NCBI GenBank assembly: GCA_963839635.1
Contig: CAWIVT010000006.1
Location: 22,936 to 86,935, forward strand
Source: an uncultured Chloroflexia bacterium
Lineage (GTDB): Bacteria > Chloroflexota > Limnocylindria > QHBO01
Direction of reading: 5' to 3'
DNA: 64,000 nt
Made by a program: the position numbers and the translations under genes. Shown here in pieces: positions 1 to 9,733 of this stretch (position 1 is the stretch's first letter; the number at the start of each line of letters is the position of its first letter). The notes under the pieces are model-generated. The model ran no database searches and was not told the origin of the DNA. It saw nothing but the letters and a program-made list of their open reading frames with translations.

Positions 1-558
1 GGCAGCCGAATGGCTCGAAGCAGCGCAGCCAGCTCGACGCCGATGCTGCCGTAGCCGACGATCCCGATCGTCAGCTCGGCCAGCTCCCGGCCGCGCAGCG
101 GCTGCCACGTCCGCTCGCGCTGGAGCTCGAGGAGCTGTGGCAGCCGCCGCGCGATGGCGAGCGACATCATCACCACGTACTCGGCGATGGGGCGGCTGAA
201 GACGCCGCGCGCGTTCGTCACGAGCAGCCCGCGCTCGCGCACGGCGGAAGTGGTGACGCGGTCGACGCCGGCCGAAGCCGAGTGGATCCATCGCAGGCGC
301 GGGGAGCGGGAGACGATGTGGTCGAGCACCGATGCGGGGACGGCGCCCACGCAGGAGCACCTCCGCCTCGTCGAATGCCGACTCGTCGGCGTCACCGTGG
401 ATCCGGCCGTCGGCCGCGATCCGGGCGCAGCGCACGCCGTCGACCGCCTCGATCCGGGCGGCAAGGTCTCGCGAGAGCGGGACGCCGAGGATCGGGGTGG
501 CGAGGACGGTGAGTGGCGGCTCGCTCAGGACGCAGTCCCCTCGATGCGAGCGATCCAC
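1..558 (-). pseudogene. D-isomer-specific 2-hydroxyacid dehydrogenase, 5' part (gene continues past the left edge); one frame change near 335-355
   Basis: Own minus-strand translation; the ORF is open at the window edge, so it is absent from the track. It reads ...LTVLATPILGVPLSRDLAARIEAVDGVRCARIAADGRIHGDADESAFDEAEVLL / frame change / VLDHIVSRSPRLRWIHSASAGVDRVTTSAVRERGLLVTNARGVFSRPIAEYVVMMSLAIARRLPQLLELQRERTWQPLRGRELAELTIGIVGYGSIGVELA. This is the catalytic domain plus the start of the GxGxxG NAD-binding loop. Start codon uncertain. Confidence 0.7.
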
Positions 559-1681
559 TGTCAGGTCACGGATCTCGTCGAGCGAGGGGAGCTGCTCGGG
601 GCCGGTCCATACGCGGTTCAGGAACTCGCGACCGCGCTCGGCGATGACACGATCGGCGAATCGCTCGCCGGCGGCGTACTGCTCCATCTTCAGGTCGAGC
701 CCCGTGAGCCGCATGATCGCGCGCTCGAGTGCGCCGCGTCGCTCGCCCCGCCGCTCGAATCGATCGTGGATCTCGGCGAAGCTGGGCAGGATCCGGGCGC
801 CGGCCGCGTTCATGACGTGGTTCGAGTAGCCCTCGAGCAGCGACATGAGCGCCTGCGTGCGATTGAAGGACTCCCGCTGGCCCGGGGTCATGATCCGCTC
901 GATCCAGTGGCCCTCGCCGCCCGCCACGGCCTCGCGCAGGCGACCCATCAGCCCGCCCGACTCGGCGGCCAGCTGCTCGACCGTCTCGGCCACGAGCTCC
1001 GGCGAAGTACGGTCGCAGCCAGGCGTGCGCCTCGAACTCGAAGGCGTGCGTCGCCTCGTGCAGCGCGATGAAGGTGCGGAACTCGTCGCGCGGTACCCGC
1101 ATGGCGGCGGCCGTGCCAACGATGTTCGGCTCCACGAAGTGGAGCCGCCCGCGGACGGGACCGGCCGCCAGCAGGCTGACGTCGTACTGGCCCAGCACCT
1201 TGCGGCCGAGGAAGGCGAGCATGAAGCCGAGCTGCTGGTTGCCGACGGTGCGGTTCACCCAGCGCGACATGGCCCGGCCCGGCGTGTCCGGACCTTCCTG
1301 CGCGGCTCGAGCAGCGTCTTTTCGATCCGCTCGAACAGGACGCTGAAGGTCGCGAGGTTGAGGTCGACCCACTGGAGCCGATCCACGACGGCCGGCGTCT
1401 CGAGCGCCTCGGGCAGCTCTGAGCCGATCTCCTCGGCCACGATCGGCTCGATCCGGAGCAGCGTGGCGCGGTAGAAGGCCTCCGCCTCGGCGCGCTGGCG
1501 CGGCCGGGATGGGAGCCGCGGCATCGCCGAGCCGGCGATGCGCGATCTCGCGCACCGCCTGCCAGTCGATCAGCCGCGTGCCGGCGCGGCGCATGATCTC
1601 GCGCGACGCGACGCTCGCTCCGAACGCGAGCAGGCCGCCGACGAGGATCCCCGCACCGAGGCGGGTGGTGTGGCGTGACAT
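525..1681 (-). pseudogene. zinc metalloprotease, DUF2342-type (HExxH); at least 4 frame changes
   Basis: Track ORFs 566..1681(-) and 1255..1524(-) plus untracked frames. HExxH motif in FIALHEATHAFEF. Other pieces: VGNQQLGFMLAFLGRKVLGQYD, EAFYRATLLRIEPIVAEEIG, and the C-terminal pieces LNRVWTGPEQLPSLDEIRD then QWIARIEGTAS* in another frame (stop at 525). Confidence 0.75.
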
Positions 1682-1691
1682 GCGGTTCAGT

Positions 1692-2544
1692 CTAGGGGAT
1701 GGCGCCGGCAGGCTCGATTCGGGCCGCTTCCACCGCCGGCAGCCGATCGCCGAAGAGCCGCGACGCCACCCGCACGAACGCGTCCACCTCGCCGGTCGTC
1801 GCGACGCGGTGCTGCGGGGTCTCGCTGCCCGATGCTCGGGCCGCCGAGCGCGTCGAGGAGGTCCTCAACGGCGAGCGCGGTGGTGAACGCGGAGTCGACG
1901 ACCGCCACCTGCGGGCCGACGATCTCCTCGATCACGGAGCGCAGCAGCGGGTAATGGGTGCAGCCGAGCAGGAGCGTGTCGATCGCCGGCGTGCCCTCCA
2001 GCAGCGGCTCGAGGTAGGCGCGCAGCACCGACTCGGCGCGGCGACCGTCGAGGATGCCGGCCTCGACCATCGGCACCAGCTCGGGGCAGGCAAGTTGCGC
2101 GACCGTCGTCCCGGGCGCCGCCTCGACGATGGCATCTGGGTAGGCCCCGGACTCCACCGTGCCCGCGGTTGCGATGACGGCCACCGTCGCGCTGCGCGTG
2201 GCCGATGCGGCCGCGACCGCGCCGGGGCGCACGACGCCGACCACCGGCACCGATGAGCGCTCGCGGACGCAGGTCGAGAGCGCGCGCTGTCGCCGTGTTG
2301 CAGGCGAGCACGAGCAGCTTCACGTCCTGGCCGAGCGAGCCAGTCGGCCGCCTCGAGCGTGAAGCGCCGCACCTCGTCAGCGGGCCGGGGACCGTACGGA
2401 GCTCTACCGTTATCCCCGAGGTAGACGGTGGACTCGTGCGGGAAGGCGGCGACGCAGCTCCGAGAGGACGGTCAGCCCTCCGACGCCGGAGTCGAAGACG
2501 CCGATCGGGCGAGGGTCGTGCCGATCAGCCGCGTCGCGGCTCAG
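1692..2544 (-). pseudogene. murI: glutamate racemase; at least 3 frame changes
   Basis: Pieces in three frames: PIGVFDSGVGGLTVLSELRRRLP (tail of ORF 2410..3690), KLLVLACNTATA (ORF 1865..2323), and IATAGTVESGAYPDAI...LLLGCTHYPLLRSVIEEIVGPQVAVVDSA (ORF 1687..2250). Both catalytic Cys contexts (ACNT, GCTHYP) are present. Only a CTG is available as a start, overlapping the upstream stop. Confidence 0.85.
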
Positions 2545-3690
2545 CGGTCGACCAGGGCCGGCGCGCGGCCCTTGAGGTGGGCGGCCAGCGACTCGGAGAT
2601 GCGGTGCACGCCCTGCGAGATCGGAGCCTCCGGGCTGGACGCGACGAACGCGATCCCCTCGTTGTTCGACGACAGCACCAGCCGCCCGTCGGACACGACC
2701 TCGAAGTCGATCTCGCGCGCCGAGCGCCTGCTCGACATCCGCCTTGTCGAAGCCGCCCGAAGCGTCGGATCGGTTGAGGACCGTGGCGAGCTTCGTCGGC
2801 GGGTAGCCGATGGCCTTGAAGGTCTCCGCCGACATCGCGAGGCTGCGGATGGCCATGCTGTCGTAGGTCAGCACCTGGAGGATCAGGTCGGCCGAGTCGA
2901 GGAACACGAGCACGTCGTCCGAGAGCGCGGCGCGGGTGTCGATGATCACGAACTCGTACAGCTGGCGGAGGAGCGAGAGCACCTTCTCGATGTCGCGCGT
3001 CGTGACCATCTCGGCCATCTCGACGCGCGGTGGGGCAAGCAGGATGTCGATGCCCGACGGGTCGCGCCACACGACGTCGGTGAAGTCCGACTCCTTGATC
3101 CGGTCGGTCGGCAGGTTGACGATGCTCGGCGCGACCGCGGGAACGCGCAGGAGCCCGCGCAGGTCGCTGAACTGCAGCGAGCCGTCGACGAGGCAGACCT
3201 TGTGGTCCTTGCCGAGGGCAACCGCGAGGTTGTACGCCAGGGTCGTGCGACCGACGCCCCCCTTCGGACTGAACAGCGTGACGATGAGGGAGCCGGCCCG
3301 CGCCGACTCGACCGCGCGTGTCTCGCCGACCTTGCGGATGAGCGTGGTCAGGTCGAAGCCGGAGAACGGCATCTTCAGCACGGCGTCGATCCCGCGTTCA
3401 GCGTCCTCGCGCACCGGGTTCTGCGGGACGGTGAGCATGATGATCCCGACCTGCGGATCGGCGCGACGGATCTGCTCGGCCACCTGCTGCCCGCTCACAC
3501 GGCCCTGGAGGAGCGCGTCGACGATGACCACGTCGGGGTGAAGCTCAGCCACGCTCCCGACGGCGCGATCGCCCGACGTGACCACGTCGAGCATCTTGAT
3601 CTGCGACTGCGCCTGGAGCAGCGATCGCACGTGCGACGCTACCTGGGGAACGTCCTCCACCACGAGGAGCCGGATCTGTTCGCCTGCCAT
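2541..3690 (-). pseudogene. response-regulator receiver domain fused to a MinD/CpaE(TadZ)-like P-loop ATPase; one frame change near 2735
   Basis: ORF 2410..3690(-). The receiver domain has the acidic pocket (LLVVED), acceptor Asp (VVIVDALL), T (IIMLT) and K (LKMPF). Deviant Walker A: FSPKGGVGRTTLAYNLA. Also VCLVDGSLQFSDL and FVIIDTRAAL. The C-terminus continues in ORF 2541..2738(-): REIDFEVVSDGRLVLSSNNEGIAFV. Confidence 0.8.
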
Positions 3691-3693
3691 GCC

Positions 3694-4560
3694 TCACTCC
3701 GTCTCCGGAAGAACCGCCTTCGGTCGCGCGACGACGATGCAGCGTTCGCTGTCGTCGTCGAGCCCCTCCAGGTCATGTGACCCATAGACCGCCACGACTG
3801 CCAGCTCTGCCTCTCCGGCGAGGGCGACGAGCGCCGCTGCGGTCGGATACCAGAGCCGGAAGCTGGCCGGCAGCCGGGCTATCGTACCATCGGCCCGCAC
3901 GACATCCGTGAGCGTCGCGTATGTCACGCGCAGTCCCTCCGGCGCCTCACGACGCTCGAGCCGGCTCCGCCGCACGACGCGCCGGTCGCCCATCGTCCGC
4001 TCCCAATCGAGGCTGAGCGGAAGGTCGTGAGGCGGCAGGCCGCCCGGCCCGAGGACGTCCACGATGAGGGTCCCATCCGGCTCCAGGAGCCTGCGCGCGG
4101 CGGCCAACGCGCGCAGCGCGTCCTCGGGACCGTCGAGATGCGAGATCACGCCCGCCAGGATCGCGAGTGCGAAGCGGTCGCGGCCGCCGCACCCGTGCGG
4201 ACGTCGCCGACGGTGAGCTCGATGCGCCCTCGGCGCGTGCGCCTGCCGCAGGCTCGCGTGGGACTGGACGCGCGCCGCGGCACGGTCGAGCAGCGACGGC
4301 GAGCCGTCAACGCCGACGATCCGGGTGGCGCCTCCGGCCAGGAGCGGCTCGAACAGCCTGCCCGACCCGCAACCGAGGTCGATGACGCTGCCCGGCGACC
4401 GACGCGCCCACTCGCGGTAGAAGGCGAGGTCTTCGTCGATCTCGTCGTGCTCGAGGTCGTAGATCTCGGCCAGCAGCTCCGCGTCGCTCGCGTGGCCGGC
4501 CAGGATGTCGCTCAGCGCGACTGCCTCCGCCGGCGGCCCGCCCCGGCCGCGGACAGCTCG
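3694..4560 (-). CDS. class I SAM-dependent methyltransferase (N-terminal limit uncertain; probable paired indels around 4150-4260)
   Basis: C-terminal ~280 codons of ORF 3694..4893(-): DLAFYREWARRSPGSVIDLGCGSGRLFEPLL (motif I) and ARRLLEPDGTLIVDV. The stretch AHAPRAHRAHRRRRPHG reads better in another frame as RIELTVGDVRTG. The stop lies 3 nt before the ATG of the downstream ATPase gene. Confidence 0.65.
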   Translation of the reverse strand, partial: RAVRGRGGPPAEAVALSDILAGHASDAELLAEIYDLEHDEIDEDLAFYREWARRSPGSVIDLGCGSGRLFEPLLAGGATRIVGVDGSPSLLDRAAARVQSHASLRQAHAPRAHRAHRRRRPHGCGGRDRFALAILAGVISHLDGPEDALRALAAARRLLEPDGTLIVDVLGPGGLPPHDLPLSLDWERTMGDRRVVRRSRLERREAPEGLRVTYATLTDVVRADGTIARLPASFRLWYPTAAALVALAGEAELAVVAVYGSHDLEGLDDDSERCIVVARPKAVLPETE

Positions 4561-5714
4561 GCCCACGCGCGCTCCACGAGCTCCGGGCTGCTCCACGAGC
4601 TCGACCGCTGTCGCCGCCAGCACGCGGATGGCGATCGGAAGCATCGCGTCGCCATCAGGGCCGCCGGCATGCGCCGCGAACTCTCGCGAGTGCCCGGGGG
4701 TGCCTTCCGGCGCGATCGCCATCTCGGGGTGGATCGTCGGTACCTCGTGGCTGACGTTGGCCATGTCCGTGCTGCCGGTCTCTGTGTTGATCGGTCCGTC
4801 CCGCCAGCCGGCGGCCTCCAGCTCGCGTCGCCAGATCTCGAGGAGCGTCTGGTTGTTGGTCATGGTCCGGCATCGGTTCGGCGCCTCGGTCAACCTCGAC
4901 GGTGGTGCCGGTCGCCAGTGCGGCTGCCTCGGCCATCTCTCGGAAGCGGGCGATCATCGGATCGAGGTCCTCGTCGATGGGCGTGCGCAGGAACCACCGA
5001 CCGCTCGTGAGGTCGGGCACGATGTTCGGCGCCGCGCCACCATGGGTGATGATCCCGTGGACCCGTTCGCCCGGCTTCAGGTGCTGCCGCCATTGCGCGA
5101 CCATCGTGTAGAGCAGCACGAGCGCGTCGAGAGCGTTCTTCCCGAGCCACGGGTCGGAGCTGGCGTGGGCGAGCTTTCCATGGAAGGTCACGTCGACGTC
5201 GGTGATCGCCAGGCAGACGATCTCGGAGCTCGTCCGATCCGACGGGTGGATCTGGAGCGCCACGTCGACGTCGTCGAAGACGCCCTCCTGCGATGATCGT
5301 CACCTTGCCGTTCCCCGCCTCCTCGGCCGGCGTCCCGATGAAGCGGATCTCGCCGGCGAAGTCTCGGCCGAGGGCGCGGGCCGCTGCGACGGCCGCACCG
5401 GCGCTGGACGAGCACATCAGGTTGTGCCCGCAGCCGTGCCCCACCTCGGGCAAGGGCGTCGTACTCCCCGGGGAACGCGATGACCGGTCCCGGTCGGGAC
5501 CCGGGTCGGCGTGCCACGAAGGCGGTCTCAAGGCCCGCCGACCGGGCCGCTCACCTCGAATCCGTGGCGCGCCATGAGCTCGGAGGTCCAGCGACGCGGC
5601 CTGGCGCTCCTCGTACGCGATCTCCGGATTGGCGTGCACCCGGTGCGAGAGATCGAGGGCATCCGGCAGGATGGCGTCGACCGCTGCCTGGAGCCGATCG
5701 GCCGATTGCGCCAT
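4512..5714 (-). pseudogene. M20 family amidohydrolase/peptidase; at least 4 frame changes
   Basis: Pieces in three frames: MAQSADRLQAAVDAILPDALDLSHRVHANPEIAYEE (ATG 5714 preceded by GGAGGG), GHGCGHNLM, IRFIGTPAEEAGNGK, LAITDVDVTFHGKLAHASSDPWLGKNALDA, HGIITHGGAAPNIVPD and NVSHEVPTIHPEMAI. The end PELVERAWAELSAAG...* uses a stop at 4512 in an alternative frame. Confidence 0.8.
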
Positions 5715-5733
5715 GTTGAGGTACCCTCCCGCG

Positions 5734-5964
5734 CTAGCGCTCCCGCCGGGCTGCGAGCCACTCGACGACCCCGGCCAGGATGACGACGAAGAGGGCGACC
5801 GGCACGCTGAGCGCGCCGCCGAGCCGCAGGCCGGCCAGGATCGCCACGACCAGTCCGACGAGGACGCCGCGACGGGCGGCCCGCAGCCAGGCGCCACGAT
5901 AGACGATGCGTCGGCGCGTGATGATCTCGCCAAGGAAGGCGAACGGGGTCACCAGCAGCGCCAT
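5734..5964 (-). CDS. small hydrophobic protein (about two TM helices); may extend upstream to ~6135 if frame-corrected
   Basis: Tail of ORF 5734..6207(-): MALLVTPFAFLGEIITRRRIVYRGAWLRAARRGVLVGLVVAILAGLRLGGALSVPVALFVVILAGVVEWLAARRER. I recognise no family. Confidence 0.35.
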   Translation of the reverse strand: MALLVTPFAFLGEIITRRRIVYRGAWLRAARRGVLVGLVVAILAGLRLGGALSVPVALFVVILAGVVEWLAARRER

Positions 5965-6136
5965 GCGCCGCCGAGGCCAGCGACCACGACGACGACACGG
6001 TTGCGCGCCGCATCGGGGCATGGCTGCGCAACCGGTCTCCACGGGGCAGGTGCGACCGGCGAAAGCCACGAGGAGCACGATCGGCCAGGATGGCGAGCAG
6101 GATGAGGAGCGACGACCGTGAGCCGGTGGCGCCCGC

Positions 6137-9100
6137 TCATCGCGACGCGTCGGGGCAGATCTCGCGGAACGGGCAGTAGCCACATCGCATGGCCGCCGGC
6201 GTCGCATCGAAGCGGCCGGCGCGGATGCCGTCGGCGGCCGAGGTCAGCTGCTCCTGCGCCTTCGGCGAGCCGCTTCTCGGTCGGCACGGCGCGGCCGACG
6301 ATCCCCGACTCGAGGAAGTGGAGCGCCAGCTCGTCCGGCAGCGACGCCGTACTGCGCCTCGTGGGCCAGGGCGTAGATCGACAGCTGGAGCGACTCCCGG
6401 GCGCGCCGGTTGGCGGTCGGCGAGGTCGCGGACGTCGCTCGACTTGTAGTCGGTGATCACGACGCGGTCCGCCATCGTCGCGGTCGACCCGGTCGTAGCG
6501 GCCGCGGAGCCGGTCGCGGCCGAAGCTGACGGTGAAGTCCTGCTCGACGGCGGTCGGCCGCGCCGGATCGCGCTGCTGGGCCTCCCAGAAGCGGTCGATC
6601 GCCTCGTGCGCTGCCGCGCGTCGCGCTTCCTCGTGCTCGCGGGTCAGGAAGCCGACCGACTCCCAGTTCGGCGTCGAGGGCCGCATGCAGCTCGGCCAGC
6701 GGTCATGAGCGTCCGCCAGCTGGCGGCGATGGTACGCCTGCACCGCCGCATGCAGCGCGCGGCCGTAGACCATCTGGTGCGAGGCCGGCGTGGGGATGCG
6801 GACGACATGCGCGATACCGGTACCGCGCCGGGCAGTCGAGGTAGTCGTGGATCTGGCCGTAGCTGAGCGAGAGCGGGCGGTCGCCGATCGGGGGCCGCTG
6901 CGCCGCCGGAGCGGGCGCCGTTCGCGCGACGAGCCTGCATGGCGGGCCAGCTGCTCGAGCAGCGCCGGGCGGACCGACTCGGCGGGCGTGGCCGGCGGCA
7001 GGTCGAGCGCCTCGGTGACGAACTGGCTCACGCTCGCGAGCGACGCCCGCCGTAGTCCTGCGCCCAGGTCAGCGACGAGCGCTTCCCGGGCGCGCGTCAT
7101 GCCGACGTAGAAGAGCCGGCGCTCCTCGGCCGTGTGCTGGTCCGCCGTTCGGCGCCGGCGTCGCGGAGCAGCGCGTCCGGGGGCTCGAGGGCGTCGCGCC
7201 GATCGCGACCCGGGAATGCGATCCGCGACCAGCCCGACCATGTAGACCACGCTGAACTCGAGGCCCTTGGCCTTGTGATACGTGAGGACGTGGACCGCGT
7301 CGCCCTCGTCGAAGCTCCACATCGGCGGTGGATGGGTCGTCGCCGGTCTCGATCAGCGTGTCGAGCTGGGCGACCAGGAACGGGAGGCGGTCGTCGCGCA
7401 GGAGGCTGCCCTGCCGGCGCACGATCTCGAAGAAGCGCGCCACGTTCGCCAGCCGCTCCTCCCCGGTCTCGCGTCCCTCGTGCGCCAGACGCGCCAGCCA
7501 GCCGCTGAGCGGAGATGAAGTGGTAGAGCAGCTCGCCGCAGCTCGTCTCGGTGCTCATCGCCCGATGCGCCTCGAGGCTGCCGAGCAGCCGCTGCACGAC
7601 CTCGATGGCGCGCAGGCTGAACGGCGAGTCGCTCGGGGTGCTCGCCGCGTCGCGCAGCGCCGCCGCGAGGCTGCTGCGACGGCGGCGGGCCGCGCTGAGC
7701 GCCACCGTCACGTCTGCCGGCGTCGAGGCCGAAGATCTCGCTCGTGGCGAGGTCGTAGAGGCTGACCGAGTCATCGGGGTCGTTGACGGCGCGCAGGAAG
7801 CTGATGAGGACGCGGACCTCGGGCTGGCGGTAGAGGCCGGCGGTGCCGCTGAAGCGCCACGGGATCCGCGCCATGTTGAGCGCCCGCAGGTAGGGATCGG
7901 CATCGCGGTTGCCGCGTACCAGGATGGCGTGCTCGCCCGCCCGGCGCCCACCACGAATCGAGGCGGCGAATGCGGTCGGCGACCGCATCGGCCTCGTCGG
8001 AGCCGGTCGTGAACCCGACCAGCTCGATCGGTCCGGCGGCCGGCTCCGGCCGGTCGAATCGCGAGCGCGCCCGCAGGCGCTTGTCGAGCCCCTCGCGCGC
8101 CTCGAGCCGGTCGGGGTCGTTGTGGCTCGATGAGCCGATGCGCGGCATCGAGGATCGGCTGCCGGCTGCGGTAGTTGTCGACCAGCACGACGCTCGCCGC
8201 CTTGGGGTATGCGGCCCGGAAGCCGAGGATGTTGCCGAGCGCGGCGCCGCGGAAGCGGTAGATGCTCTGGTCGTCGTCGCCCACGACGGTGACGTTGCCG
8301 TGCGGCTCGGCCAGGAGCTGCACCAGCTCCCACTGTGCGTGGTTCGTGTCCTGGAACTCGTCGACCAGGATGTAGCGATATCGCGCTCGCTCCTCCTCGA
8401 GCACGGCGGGGTGATCGCGCAGGAGCCGCAGCGCGAGGGTCACCTGGTCGCCGAAGTCGAGCCGATCAGTCGCGCGCATGAGCCGCTCGTAGGCGGCGTA
8501 CGTCGCCGCCAGCTCGGCTGCCTGGCGGCCTCGCTCGCCCAGCGCCTCGTCGTCCGGCGCGTGCGGCAGAGCGTCGGCCAGCATCGGCGGCGGCGGAGAG
8601 ATACGCCGAAGGTCCGACGTCCTCGTCGCGCAGGCGGCTGATGAGCGTCACGAGCGCCGACAGGAAGCGCGTCGGATCGCCAAGCGGGCGGTAGCGGTCG
8701 AGGGGCAGCTCGAACAGGTGCTCGCGCAGGAGGATGATCTGCTCGGCGCGCGAGAGCACGGTGGAGCGATCCGACAGCCCGGCCTCGAGCGCGTGCTCGC
8801 GCAGGAGCCGGTCGCCGAAGGCGTGGAAGGTGCCGATCCGCGCGTCGTTGTGCCCGTACGGAACCAGGCGGTCGACGCGCTCGACCATCTCCGCCGCGGC
8901 CCGGTCGGTGAAGGTGAGGGCGAGGATCTCCGAAGGCTGCGCCCGCTTCTCGGCGATCAGCCAGGCGATGCGGCGGGTGATGACCGTCGTCTTGCCGGTG
9001 CCGGCCCCCGCCACGATGAGAAGCGGCCCGACGCCGTGCGTGACCGCCTTGCGCTGACGGGCGGTCAGGTCCGCCAGGAGCGGCGGCTGGACGCGAAGGT

Positions 9101-9209
9101 GTGGACGGCGTGGCCGCGGCAGTGCGGCCAGCTCCTCGAAGAACGGGATCTGATCTGGTGCGGGCACCACCGGCGGCATGTCGTCGATGGTAGCCGAGGA
9201 CCGATTCAC
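6137..9209 (-). pseudogene. UvrD/PcrA-type SF1 helicase with a C-terminal PD-(D/E)xK (RecB/Cas4-like, Cys-cluster) nuclease domain; at least 10 frame changes
   Basis: Motifs are spread over ORFs 8466..9209, 7097..8584, 7771..8148, 7353..8333, 7069..7443, 5949..7322 and 6137..6475 (all minus). They are Walker A VAGAGTGKTTVI, motif [12 protein letters not shown], motif [31 protein letters not shown] and [12 protein letters not shown]. The nuclease part reads VITDYKSS...RCGYCPFREICPDASR*. Confidence 0.85.
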
Positions 9210-9255
9210 CCCGTCGTTATCCGGGGCTTATCGGACACCTCGTCTGTCGCGTTCC

Positions 9256-9660
9256 TCAGGGGGCGGTCACGGTCAGGGTCCCGCTCATGCCCAGGCTCTC
9301 GTGGCCCCCGAGCGAGCAGAAGATGGTGTACTCGCCGGGCTCGAGGTCGGCGGTGATGGTCTCGGAGCCGCCCGTGCTGAGGTCGGCTGTCGCCATGACG
9401 ACCTCGTCGCTCGCATCGCGGACGGTGAGGTTGTGCGGCGTGGGGCCGTCGCTGGTGACTTCGATGGTGACGGTGGGCCCCGTGGCCTCCAGCGCGCTCG
9501 GGTCGATCATGAAGTCCATGACGTTGACCGTCAGCGCCTCGGCGGCCGCAGGCGCGTCCGTGGCAGCGCCAGCGCTGTCGCTCTGGCTGTCGCCGTCGGC
9601 TGGGGCGCTGCAGGCGACGAGTCCGATCAGCAGGGCCGGTAGGAGGAATCTGGTTCGCAT
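9256..9660 (-). CDS. cupredoxin (type-1 copper site) lipoprotein
   Basis: Intact ORF. Lipobox LLIGLVAC. Copper ligand pattern: His in PTPHNLTV, then C-x4-H-x4-M in FCSLGGHESLGM. AAGGA lies upstream of the ATG. Confidence 0.8.
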   Translation of the reverse strand: MRTRFLLPALLIGLVACSAPADGDSQSDSAGAATDAPAAAEALTVNVMDFMIDPSALEATGPTVTIEVTSDGPTPHNLTVRDASDEVVMATADLSTGGSETITADLEPGEYTIFCSLGGHESLGMSGTLTVTAP

Positions 9661-9687
9661 CGTTCAATCCTTGGTGCGTATGAAGAA

Positions 9688-9715
9688 GGGGTGGCCCGGA
9701 TACCCGGGCCACCCC
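9688..9715 (-). terminator. 12-bp GC hairpin between the lipoprotein and cupredoxin genes (terminator or attenuator)
   Basis: Minus-sense GGGGUGGCCCGG-guau-CCGGGCCACCCC followed by UUCUUCAU. It sits 19 nt after the stop of 9734..11011. Confidence 0.5.
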
Positions 9716-9733
9716 TGGACGGAGAGGGCTCGA

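Noticed and set aside
2541-3690. Tad/Flp pilus locus, suggested by two CpaE/TadZ-like ATPases (also 28129-29435).
   Set aside because: No CpaF/TadA ATPase, TadB/C, secretin, prepilin peptidase or pilin genes occur anywhere in the 64 kb. The neighbours are cell-wall and housekeeping genes.
3694-4893. The 399-aa ORF as a single M20-C-terminus/methyltransferase fusion protein. Likewise the 542-aa ORF 50394..52022 as a hisH-hisA fusion.
   Set aside because: In both cases the upstream protein's natural C-terminus and stop codon appear in an alternative frame (stop at 4512; hisH end at 51113). The apparent fusions are therefore by-products of frame changes and of open frames in GC-rich DNA.
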